Positions 29,598 through 38,248 of a stretch of 61,766 nucleotides of DNA are shown here, one piece after another; within the stretch, counting starts at the first letter, position 1; every line of letters starts with the position of its first letter. A program made the position numbers and the translations under genes. Origin of the DNA: a virus (taxonomy: Duplodnaviria > Caudoviricetes); IMG/VR virus record IMGVR_UViG_3300029787_000034, positions 1-61,766 of that record; one strand, given 5' to 3'. The notes below the pieces were generated by a model. It saw only the letters and a list, made by a program, of their open reading frames with translations, was not told the origin of the DNA and searched no databases.

Positions 29598-30475
29598 AAC
29601 TACTTAAGACACCTCTACGCTATCCTGGTGGCAAATCTCGTGCTGCTGCAATGCTATACAAGTGGTTTCCTTCTGGGATCACAGAGTATCGTGAACCATT
29701 TTTAGGTGGTGCTTCTATGGCATTGTATTTCAGTCAGTTGCACCCTGATGTACCAATTTTTGTGAATGATTTGTATGATCATTTGTATAATTTCTGGTAT
29801 CATCTACAGCGTATGGGTGATGAGTTATCTGAAGAGTGTTATAAGGTTAAGTTTGACAATCCAGAACCTGCATCAGCAAAAGCATTGTTTAAGCAAGCGA
29901 AGGATGAGATAAAGAACGTATGTGGTCTGCGTCAGGCAACCTTATTCTGGGTACTGAACAAGTGTAGTTACTCTGGACTAACAGAGAACTCATCATTTTC
30001 TGAAGCAGCATCCATACAGAACTTTTCTCTACGTGGTGCAGAGAAACTTAAGAAATATCCACCCATTATTAAGAACTGGACTATAACAAACAACGACTAT
30101 GCTACAATGATGAGTGAAGCATGGACAGCAGGTAGTCACCCAGAACTTAGCATCAATAAAGGTAAGGCATTTGTGTTCTTAGACCCACCATACAAGATAA
30201 AATCATACTTATATGGTTCTAATGCAGAGTTGCATAAGGGATTTGATCACACTAGGTTCAGAGATGTATGTCAAGGTTGCACTCAACCATGGATGGTGAC
30301 ATATAATGTAGACAAAGGCATAGAAGAAGCGTTTGCTAACTACCGTCAAAGATATTTTGACATCACATATGGTATGCAGCATCGTGCTAACAACAAGAAG
30401 CAAGAGTTATTAATATCCAACTACGATGTAGCACCAGTAAACCCACTTGAGGCAGTTCTTTATGGCAGAGTATGA
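29594..30475 (+). CDS. dam: Dam-family (D12) DNA adenine methyltransferase
   Basis: LRYPGGKS, EPFLGG, FLDPPY. Confidence 0.9.
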   Translation: MKLLKTPLRYPGGKSRAAAMLYKWFPSGITEYREPFLGGASMALYFSQLHPDVPIFVNDLYDHLYNFWYHLQRMGDELSEECYKVKFDNPEPASAKALFKQAKDEIKNVCGLRQATLFWVLNKCSYSGLTENSSFSEAASIQNFSLRGAEKLKKYPPIIKNWTITNNDYATMMSEAWTAGSHPELSINKGKAFVFLDPPYKIKSYLYGSNAELHKGFDHTRFRDVCQGCTQPWMVTYNVDKGIEEAFANYRQRYFDITYGMQHRANNKKQELLISNYDVAPVNPLEAVLYGRV

Positions 30476-30854
30476 GTTTCCTTTAAAAGATTATCTAAAC
30501 GGTATCAACCTTAAGATGGGTCACCTTGAGGACAATGAACGTGCTATGAAAAAGTATCCAAAGTTCGTTGTAAATCAGTTATTAAGTGAGCATGTTGACT
30601 GTGTGTTACACGTCAATGAAATGAACAAATATTACAGTCTAGACAACGCATTACAATATCAATATTTTCTATATAGTATTAGGAAATCGAAGAGATTTTC
30701 TCCTTGGACTAAAAAATCGACTGATAGTGACATAGAAATCGTAAAGGAGTTTTATGGTTACAGTAACGAGAAGGCAAGAACTGCTCTAGCCATCTTAACT
30801 CCTGATCAACTAGCGGTCATCAAAGCGAAACTTGATACTGGAGGAACAAAATGA
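30462..30854 (+). CDS. g62: Clamp loader small subunit gp62
   Basis: RKSKRFSPW, FYGYSNEKA. Confidence 0.9.
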   Translation: MAEYEFPLKDYLNGINLKMGHLEDNERAMKKYPKFVVNQLLSEHVDCVLHVNEMNKYYSLDNALQYQYFLYSIRKSKRFSPWTKKSTDSDIEIVKEFYGYSNEKARTALAILTPDQLAVIKAKLDTGGTK

Positions 30855-31267
30855 GTGATGAGATCAGTTGGTCTCAAGATATGATGCTTGAGGTTTCATT
30901 AAAAGAACCAGACGACTTCTTAAAAATTAGGGAGACACTTACCAGAATAGGTGTAGCGTCTAGAAAGGAGAAAAAGTTATATCAATCTTGCCATATACTA
31001 CACAAGAAGGGCAAGTATTATATTGTTCACTTTAAAGAACTGTTTGCACTTGACGGTAAGCAAGCAAACATCACAAAGAATGATATAGAACGTAGGAATA
31101 GAATTACAAAACTACTATTTGATTGGGGGTTGATCAATCTCGGTGTGGAAATCACTGACATTGCACCTCTTAATCAGATAAAGGTGCTTAGTTACAAGGA
31201 TAAAGGTGACTGGACACTAGAATCGAAGTACAATATAGGGAAGAAGAAGGTCACTACTGAAGCATGA
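30851..31267 (+). CDS. regA: Translational repressor RegA
   Basis: FLKIRETLTRIG, LYQSCHILHK, YIVHFKELF. Confidence 0.96.
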   Translation: MSDEISWSQDMMLEVSLKEPDDFLKIRETLTRIGVASRKEKKLYQSCHILHKKGKYYIVHFKELFALDGKQANITKNDIERRNRITKLLFDWGLINLGVEITDIAPLNQIKVLSYKDKGDWTLESKYNIGKKKVTTEA

Positions 31268-32706
31268 AACTACTTGGATTGAGGATCGATGACCACGACT
31301 CCAATATCACTTATACTAATGGTACTAAGGTACGATATTTGGCAACCGAAAGGTTATTTGGTATTAAACATCATGGATATGATAATGTATGGCAATGGGA
31401 AGATGTCCTAGACAGATGGGATATCAAGGTAGAAGAACTAGATGCCATTTGTATTATTACAGACGATATTGAGTTCGATACTGGTGAATTGTATCGGGAA
31501 CTTGATATGGGATTCCCCTGTAGAACATTTGCTTTAGACCATCACTATGCACATCACCTTAGTCTCTGGCCACTAGGTGACATACCTGAGATAGGGTATG
31601 TTTATGATGGTTTTGGTAACAATGACAAGTCATATTCTAAATTTGTAAACAATAAACTAGTAGACTCTGGTGATGTTAATGACATCAGTTCTATTGGTGT
31701 AAAAATGGCAGAAGTAGGACGTGTTTTAGGTCTTTCTTCCGACCCACATGGACTAGATTTAGCAGGAAAAGTCATGGGTCTTGCTGCCTATGGTCTTATA
31801 GATAAAGAGTATTACAAAAACCTATCTAACTTCTCACTTAATGAGATGAGGGGTATATGGAACTACAAATCATGGCATAGGAAGTGGGATAATGATTTTG
31901 ATATTAATTGGTTGAGGACAGTACATGAATATACTGGAGACAAGCTTGCTGAACATGTTAGCAGTACCGATGTCATTGGTTTTAGTGGTGGTGTTGCACA
32001 GAATTGCTGTTTTAATGGTAAGATCAAACGAACAGGTACAAAGGTAGTCATACCACCCCATGCAAATGACTGTGGTTTATCACTAGGTGCTGTGGAATTC
32101 CTCAGACAGAGGTTCCATGAGGTACCATTTAGTAATGAAGGGTTCCCATTCTGGCAAGATGACGAAGCACCAGAACAAGAAGCAGATGAAAAGACTATAG
32201 AGAAAGGAGCTAAGTCATTACGTGATGGTAGAATACTAGCTTGGTATCAAGGACATGGTGAGATAGGACCAAGAGCACTAGGTAACAGATCTATACTCAT
32301 GCAACCACAGAATAGAAGAGCGAAGCAATATCTAAATGAAAAAGTAAAGCATAGAGAAGCATTCAGACCATTTGGTGCTGCTGTATTGAGAGAAGATGTA
32401 TCAAAATATTTTGATTGTGATTATGATGTACCTTATATGAATACGTCAGTGCAAGTTAAGGATACAAGACTCACATCTATCACACATATAGACAATACAT
32501 GTAGGATTCAGACGGTTGATGGTGATGGTCATTTTGCTAGACTCTTAAGAAGATATAAAGAGATGACAGGTGAGTCTGTTATACTAAATACGTCACTCAA
32601 TATCGGGGGATCGCCCATAGCGTCTAGGATCTGGGAGGCAAAGGAATTATTTTCCAAGAAGGGTATACAGGACATGGCGATCGGTAATAATTTTTATGAT
32701 AAATAG
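31264..32706 (+). CDS. Carbamoyltransferase (NodU/CmcH family)
   Basis: HHYAH, AGKVMGLAAYG, GGVAQN, GPRALGNRS, KHREAFRPF, LNTSLN. Confidence 0.92.
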   Translation: MKLLGLRIDDHDSNITYTNGTKVRYLATERLFGIKHHGYDNVWQWEDVLDRWDIKVEELDAICIITDDIEFDTGELYRELDMGFPCRTFALDHHYAHHLSLWPLGDIPEIGYVYDGFGNNDKSYSKFVNNKLVDSGDVNDISSIGVKMAEVGRVLGLSSDPHGLDLAGKVMGLAAYGLIDKEYYKNLSNFSLNEMRGIWNYKSWHRKWDNDFDINWLRTVHEYTGDKLAEHVSSTDVIGFSGGVAQNCCFNGKIKRTGTKVVIPPHANDCGLSLGAVEFLRQRFHEVPFSNEGFPFWQDDEAPEQEADEKTIEKGAKSLRDGRILAWYQGHGEIGPRALGNRSILMQPQNRRAKQYLNEKVKHREAFRPFGAAVLREDVSKYFDCDYDVPYMNTSVQVKDTRLTSITHIDNTCRIQTVDGDGHFARLLRRYKEMTGESVILNTSLNIGGSPIASRIWEAKELFSKKGIQDMAIGNNFYDK

Positions 32707-32729
32707 GCTTAGTGACCTAGTACATAACA

Positions 32730-33125
32730 ATGGCAGAAGTAAAAGAAAAACCTAAAGGTCCTCTTGGTAAACTTAAAGAAGCAGTTGATGATAAAGAGGA
32801 GCAACTAGCCTACCTAGCAACACTAATAAGAGTGGTAGTTCTTGTGTGGTCCGCAGGAATCTTGACGTTAAATTACGTTAAAATACCAGGTTATGAACAA
32901 GGAGATAAGATTGATCCAACTTTCATAGCTTCGGTCTTCACAGGAACTTTAGCTACCTTCGGGGTCGCTGCGGGTGGTAAGAAAAAGAGTGCTGCTGATG
33001 GTGGTAGTGCAAACATATCTAAAAAAGATATGGAGTTCTTGATTGCTAAAGCATCAGAGACTGCTCCTGCTCAGACCATAAGGATTGAGTCAGGTCCTGT
33101 GAAAATTGTTCCTGATACAAAGTAA
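32730..33125 (+). CDS. Hypothetical 2-TM membrane protein
   Basis: VVLVWSAGILTLNY and DPTFIASVFTGTLATFGV; late promoter at 32700. Confidence 0.75.
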   Translation: MAEVKEKPKGPLGKLKEAVDDKEEQLAYLATLIRVVVLVWSAGILTLNYVKIPGYEQGDKIDPTFIASVFTGTLATFGVAAGGKKKSAADGGSANISKKDMEFLIAKASETAPAQTIRIESGPVKIVPDTK

Positions 33126-33129
33126 GACA

Positions 33130-33714
33130 ATGAATAAATGGATCGGAATTAGTCTAGGAACTATCTTCGGTATATCACACATCGGAATGATAGGTTTACT
33201 AGCAACAAGAAAAGGATCAGAGATACCAGTAATGACTCCACCAGTGGGTGACTATACATCTTATGTTATCTCTGCAAATAAGGAAGGATATAAGATCAGT
33301 TACACTGCTAACGATCCTAAGACTGCATACATCACTAAGGACATCAAGAAGAAGGGTGGTTTCTTAGGACTTGCAAACAACACAACTAAGGTTGCTGAAG
33401 AATACTTCATGGATGGTAAGACCAATCAAGGCGGACCTGTATCCAACAAGAGATCATGGCAAGATCCATCTACAATAGTAAAAGGTGGTGGCGGTGAAGT
33501 ATCTGATAAGACTGTTGCCTGTATCGAAGCAGTTGGTGCTGCAAAAGGAACAGGTAGACTTGTAGGAACTAGTGTAGGTGCTGCTGCTGCACCTGCTGTG
33601 AGTAATATTCCATTCATAGGTTGGGTTGCTGCAGGTTGGGTAGCGATGTTTGGTGGCAATCAAGGTGCTGACATCGGTCAAAATATGGCAGAGGAACTTA
33701 ACGAGAACTGTTAA
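33130..33714 (+). CDS. Hypothetical membrane protein with glycine-zipper-like C-terminus
   Basis: N-terminal TM; GRLVGTSVGAAAA...IGWVAAGWVAMFGG. Confidence 0.72.
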   Translation: MNKWIGISLGTIFGISHIGMIGLLATRKGSEIPVMTPPVGDYTSYVISANKEGYKISYTANDPKTAYITKDIKKKGGFLGLANNTTKVAEEYFMDGKTNQGGPVSNKRSWQDPSTIVKGGGGEVSDKTVACIEAVGAAKGTGRLVGTSVGAAAAPAVSNIPFIGWVAAGWVAMFGGNQGADIGQNMAEELNENC

Positions 33715-33734
33715 CTTGCCATAAATAGTAGTTC

Positions 33735-33935
33735 ATGTTACTATTGTACATGGATTATGATTTTAAACCCTATCATCAACTCATAGAGGAAAACGAAAAA
33801 CTAGAAAGTATGATTCACATCTACGAAAAGGAAATCGATGACCAACAAGACGAGATTACTCGGTTAAAAAAGGAAGTAGACTTCCTTATACAACAACTAG
33901 AGTACAAAACACTGGGTAAACCAACCGAGGATTAA
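33735..33935 (+). CDS. Small coiled-coil protein
   Basis: Heptad pattern; late promoter at 33722. Confidence 0.6.
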   Translation: MLLLYMDYDFKPYHQLIEENEKLESMIHIYEKEIDDQQDEITRLKKEVDFLIQQLEYKTLGKPTED

Positions 33936-34229
33936 ATGCAGAGCATTATTATATACGTTGCAGCGTTCTGTAACTTCTGGTTCTACCCTCTACTCATAGC
34001 ACTGGTAATATCCATTGTTATAGAGCAGATATATAATAGGATAAGTAACCGTGAATGGGAAGAGGAGAGGAAACTTGGTAACAAGCAACTGTCCCAAGCA
34101 ACACGCATTCGTAAGTTCTTATGGAGACAAAACATAACACTAAATATGCTATGGTTTGTTTGTTATTTTATAGCAGGATTCGTTCTTAGGACACCTGCAA
34201 TGCCCGATATGGTTTGGAGTGGAACATGA
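33936..34229 (+). CDS. Hypothetical 2-TM protein
   Basis: Two hydrophobic segments; SD GAGGA. Confidence 0.65.
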   Translation: MQSIIIYVAAFCNFWFYPLLIALVISIVIEQIYNRISNREWEEERKLGNKQLSQATRIRKFLWRQNITLNMLWFVCYFIAGFVLRTPAMPDMVWSGT

Positions 34230-34450
34230 AAAAAGTATTAGAAATTATGACAATAGTATCCTTCGCAGTCAGCGTTGGTGTTGTTGGAACTGCAGGATAT
34301 GTAGTTATTAGAAAGGATGCCATCATAGATGACATCAAAGAGAAAGTAATGGGTAGTGTAACAGACTTACTACCTGGTGCTATTGGTGATCAAGTACCTT
34401 CTATACCAGAGGTACCATCAATGACAGGACCAGCACTCTTCGGTAAGTAA
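34226..34450 (+). CDS. Small membrane-anchored protein
   Basis: N-terminal TM, Pro-rich tail. Confidence 0.65.
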   Translation: MKKVLEIMTIVSFAVSVGVVGTAGYVVIRKDAIIDDIKEKVMGSVTDLLPGAIGDQVPSIPEVPSMTGPALFGK

Positions 34451-34452
34451 AT

Positions 34453-35232
34453 GTGGACAACATCCGTGATATTATAATTCATGGCAACGAGGTTCCCTCT
34501 GTACCACTTGTAAATGTCACGCTGCCTAAAATTAATACTGTCAGTGTGCAGTTGCAGGGAAATAACTTTAAGATATACGAGATTATACCACCAGTAACCA
34601 GAGACTATACTGTCCCTGTAGTACTACAGGTAGGTAAACCTATCATCGACATGCCTGGTTGTGTACAATCATATGGTGATGAGAGTAAATCAAAAACTAT
34701 TCTGGATGATGATCCTGATGGGGTAAAAGTCTATTGTGATGCAGACACACCATCGTTTTCACCCATGGATTTTGTTGCAGATGATCTTGAGATGGAGCAA
34801 GAGGAATATAAACCAGACTTTAAGATAGAACCACCACCTACACCTCAACCACCTACACCAGAAACAGAGACACCTTGTATACCACCTAAGGAAAGAGATC
34901 CATTTACACTACAGTGTATAGATCCAGTGGAACCTGTGGTGGGTGAAGTGGTAGTGGAAGAACCTCTTGTAATTGCTGAATATTTACCAGAGGTTACAGC
35001 AGTAACTACTACAGCAACTATAGCTGTGGTAGCCACAGCATCAGCGTTGCTTGCTAAACCACTAGCTGATATTCTACTAAGGTTATTAAAGCCTGCTATC
35101 AAGCAAGTAGTTAACAAGGCTAAAGGAATTGTTGGAAATGGGCAGGGTCAAATCTCTGTCAGAGAAAGGATGATAGCACAAAGAGATAGGAACAAAGCGA
35201 TCAAAGATATAAAGAAATACCTTAAGAAGTAG
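34453..35232 (+). CDS. Conserved cyanophage protein with Pro-rich linker and C-terminal TM
   Basis: GKPIIDMPGCV, TTTATIAVVATASALLAKPLAD. Confidence 0.75.
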   Translation: MDNIRDIIIHGNEVPSVPLVNVTLPKINTVSVQLQGNNFKIYEIIPPVTRDYTVPVVLQVGKPIIDMPGCVQSYGDESKSKTILDDDPDGVKVYCDADTPSFSPMDFVADDLEMEQEEYKPDFKIEPPPTPQPPTPETETPCIPPKERDPFTLQCIDPVEPVVGEVVVEEPLVIAEYLPEVTAVTTTATIAVVATASALLAKPLADILLRLLKPAIKQVVNKAKGIVGNGQGQISVRERMIAQRDRNKAIKDIKKYLKK

Positions 35233-35352
35233 GCATAAATTTTTATGACAAAATGAGGGTTTCCTGACTAAATAATGGTAGAATTATTCGAGGAGGCTAA
35301 GATGCATCCTAACCTACTATAGTATGGTATCAACTTAACGTGGAGGTAAAAA

Positions 35353-35517
35353 ATGCACAACAGAATATCACATAACGAATTAGCACAATGGAATCACAGA
35401 GAAAAATCCCCGAACAAAACGGACGACCTAATAGATGATTACTTCGACTGTCTAATAGAATGTGATGATTCACAAAACACATGTAGAAGAGTCTGTGGAG
35501 ACCTTCTTAGAGTTTAA
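35353..35517 (+). CDS. Small Cys-rich protein (54 aa, Cx3Cx6Cx3C), not in ORF track
   Basis: SD GGAGGT; MHNRISHNELAQW...DYFDCLIECDDSQNTCRRVC; followed by a terminator. Confidence 0.75.
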   Translation: MHNRISHNELAQWNHREKSPNKTDDLIDDYFDCLIECDDSQNTCRRVCGDLLRV

Positions 35518-35522
35518 AAAGA

Positions 35523-35545
35523 AAGACCCCTAAGGGTCTTTTTTA
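35523..35545 (+). terminator. Rho-independent terminator
   Basis: AAGACCC-CTAA-GGGTCTT followed by a T-tract. Confidence 0.85.
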
Positions 35546-35591
35546 TTTGTCAATGTTTCCTAACATAAATATGTTACAGGAGGCTAAGACA

Positions 35592-35768
35592 ATGATTAAG
35601 TTTACATGGGAACGACCAGAGGTTCCAGAATACGATCCAGACATACATTCACCAGAGAGGGTGTTCGCTTTCCTGTGTTACCGTGGTGTCCATTACGCTA
35701 AGTGGGTCTATCTAGAGGTCAACTTTAACGGTACAACTCTATGGCAGTTCGGTGATCCTAAGGATTAG
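35592..35768 (+). CDS. Small protein with YRGxxY (DUF4278-like) motif
   Basis: SD AGGAGG; late promoter at 35566; FLCYRGVHY. Confidence 0.6.
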   Translation: MIKFTWERPEVPEYDPDIHSPERVFAFLCYRGVHYAKWVYLEVNFNGTTLWQFGDPKD

Positions 35769-36640
35769 TGTTGCCAATAGATATAGGTTCGAAGATGAAA
35801 TTCTCATTCTCACCTGTAGTTTCACGTTTAATTAATTTACTATTACCATTTTCATCATACTCAAACGTTGATACTTCTCGTGCGTTTGTCTTGATGGAGA
35901 TGGTTTTTGATTTGACTGTCTTATTACCATTAGCATCTACCTCATAGGTAGTTGTCTCTTCTGGATCTAAGTTAATAAAACTATTGTTGTTGATACTATG
36001 TGTGTGTTGTGAGTTGGAAGTTACGTTAGCAACCTCTACATCAGCACATACAGATGCATATTGAGTACCTTCCTTAAATGATATCCCAGCTTTAAATAAT
36101 TCACCACAATTTTTGAGACGAGCGATCTCGAAGTCTAATCTTTTGTTAGCTAGTATCTGTTGTTGCAGTGCTATCTGTGTATTAAATGCATTCTTACATC
36201 CTTTCTGTAGTTGTCTGTCTAGTGGTACTGATATGGTTGCACTTAACCCAAGGGAAACGTTGGTGTTATTCTTCTGACCAGTACGAGTAGGGATGTAGTA
36301 TAGAACTTCACCTGGATTGTCAGGTATACCATCATCATTATTGTCAGCGTTGTTGTAGACAGGATCATTATACATCAACTCAAACGGGTGCTGCTCGCTG
36401 AGACTTCCTGTAAGGAACGGAGTGATATTGAGGGTAGGTCCTTGACATGATATACCACCACCATACTGGTTGTTTATATAAGGACCTTGTAAAACCTGTA
36501 TAGCTTGATTGGTCACTGAGCCAGAAGAATTGGCGATGGGATTAGCAGTCGCAGAGACACCACCTACGTCCGTAGCCATAGCTGGTGAACATGTTAATAT
36601 CGCTACTACTGGGAGAAGATACTTGTGGTATCTGTTACGC
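35758..36640 (-). CDS. Conserved secreted/virion-like protein (start unresolved; frame open to about 36900)
   Basis: Signal-like KYLLPVVAILTCSPAMA, then GGVSATANPIANSSGSVTNQAIQV and RLDFEIARLKNCGEL. Confidence 0.7.
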
Positions 36641-37055
36641 TTGTTATATTTGTTGTTCTCTGAATTATTGTTTGGTTGCTGATTCCAGGTCCTTGGTATG
36701 AGGAAGTCATTTGGAACGCTGCTCCTGGCGTGGTTAGAGTGTAGTTTCCTGTGTTGGAAAGGTCTAAACCACTTGTAACCTGACCTGTGGTTCCTGTCGA
36801 TCCCAGTAGGTCTATGTTTGTGTTGCTTGTCACTGCATCGGGTAGTATGCTTGATCCATCGTGCTGAATCCCTGTGCCCGTCACCGAAAATTGCCATCCT
36901 GTGTTATAATCAATCGAATTTATGGTCTCCGTCACCGTGGAAGTCGTTTCCGTGTGAGATGTCATCGAGCCCTGAGTAAAATTCGGGACCACGGGTACCG
37001 CCATTGCTGACGGGACACCACACATAGCTAAGAGTACGAGTAATTTTTTCATCAC
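36606..37055 (-). CDS. Conserved secreted Thr-rich protein
   Basis: Signal peptide, then VPVVPNFTQGSMTSHTET...DTTSIFSQ. Confidence 0.75.
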   Translation of the reverse strand: MMKKLLVLLAMCGVPSAMAVPVVPNFTQGSMTSHTETTSTVTETINSIDYNTGWQFSVTGTGIQHDGSSILPDAVTSNTNIDLLGSTGTTGQVTSGLDLSNTGNYTLTTPGAAFQMTSSYQGPGISNQTIIQRTTNITSVTDTTSIFSQ

Positions 37056-37074
37056 CTATAATTATATAGTAGGT

Positions 37075-37590
37075 TTAGTGAGCCACGACCTCAGACACAA
37101 ATTGTCCAGTCGCTGAAGTACCAGCTCCACCAGCTGTTATTGTGGAAACTCCTCCTGAGGTTATAGTTCCTGCAAGGGTTCCTGCGACTCCACCAGATTG
37201 GACAGTTGTTATTCCATAAGCGGGCATGTCAGCTACGACACCTGCTGTTACGTCAACACCAGTACCGATAGGATTTACTACGTCACCTTGAGTCCAAGTT
37301 TCACTAAAACTGAATGCTGAGCCTGCAGTATTAATATCATATGAACCAACGTCTAGTGTTGCTGCAGCAGTTGCTGTACCTGCAGTCAACGTACCTAAGT
37401 GTCCATCAGTAGCTAACTTGATGTTGCTACCAGACACACTATATGTTGATCCGATTCTTGTTCCTACAGTTGCTGCACCGTCCACACTAAGTTGTGTTGA
37501 TGTGGATAATCTATGGGTCAGATCTGCTTTTGCACTATTGGCTCCAGTTAATAGGAACCCCATGGCGATAAGGAAGAGATACCTTTTCAT
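37075..37590 (-). CDS. Conserved secreted Gly/Thr-rich protein
   Basis: Signal MKRYLFLIAMGFLLTGANSAKA; C-terminal TAGGAGTSATGQFVSE; minus-strand TAAATA at 37618-37623. Confidence 0.78.
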   Translation of the reverse strand: MKRYLFLIAMGFLLTGANSAKADLTHRLSTSTQLSVDGAATVGTRIGSTYSVSGSNIKLATDGHLGTLTAGTATAAATLDVGSYDINTAGSAFSFSETWTQGDVVNPIGTGVDVTAGVVADMPAYGITTVQSGGVAGTLAGTITSGGVSTITAGGAGTSATGQFVSEVVAH

Positions 37591-37700
37591 TGTTTCTACC
37601 AAAAGTTTTACTAGCTCTATTTAGTAATAATATTACTGTTCACCAGGTACATATACGGATAGCACTACCCATGGTGGTTGACACATGTGGTTAAATAGTA

Positions 37701-37749
37701 GTGTTGCCTTCGGGGACACCAAATTACACTCGCTTATTTAAGGAGAACT
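37701..37749 (+). promoter_or_regulatory. Structured 5'UTR of hsp20 (UUCG hairpin plus ROSE-like SD-sequestering hairpin)
   Basis: GTGTTGCC-TTCG-GGGACAC; CTC(G)CTT-ATTT-AAGGAG pairs with the SD with a bulged G. Confidence 0.6.
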
Positions 37750-38199
37750 ATGACTAACATACAGAGGTATCGTGCGTCTGACCTACCAGAACTGTTTGAG
37801 AAGATCAGTCAGAACGCAATAGGTATGGACAATTACTTTGATCGTTTCTTTGATCTTAGTGCAGGAAAACCAACCTACCCACCTTATAACCTAGTAAATG
37901 TTTCGAATCATGAATCAAGATTGGAAATTGCATTAGCAGGTTTTAAGAAAAATGAAATAAAAGTTTACACAGAGTACGGTAAACTATATGTAGAAGGTAA
38001 TGTTGTTAAGAATAATGACAAAACACCTGAAGAAAACTTCGAGTTCCTACACAGAGGTCTCGCTAAGAGAAGTTTTACAAGAACATGGAGTCTAGCAGAT
38101 GATGTAGAGATACAACATGTAGACTATGACAATGGTCTTTTGACAGTGTTACTAGGAAAAATTATTCCAGAACACCACGCTCGAAAGGATTATTTGTAA
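37750..38199 (+). CDS. hsp20: Small heat-shock protein
   Basis: YPPYNL, LEIALAGF, HRGLAKRSFTR, NGLLTV. Confidence 0.95.
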   Translation: MTNIQRYRASDLPELFEKISQNAIGMDNYFDRFFDLSAGKPTYPPYNLVNVSNHESRLEIALAGFKKNEIKVYTEYGKLYVEGNVVKNNDKTPEENFEFLHRGLAKRSFTRTWSLADDVEIQHVDYDNGLLTVLLGKIIPEHHARKDYL

Positions 38200-38205
38200 A
38201 TCAAC

Positions 38206-38230
38206 AAGACCCCCCATGGGGTCTTTTTTA
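38206..38230 (+). terminator. Rho-independent terminator after hsp20
   Basis: AAGACCCC-CCAT-GGGGTCTT followed by a T-tract. Confidence 0.85.
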
Positions 38231-38248
38231 TGCTAATATATAAGGTAT

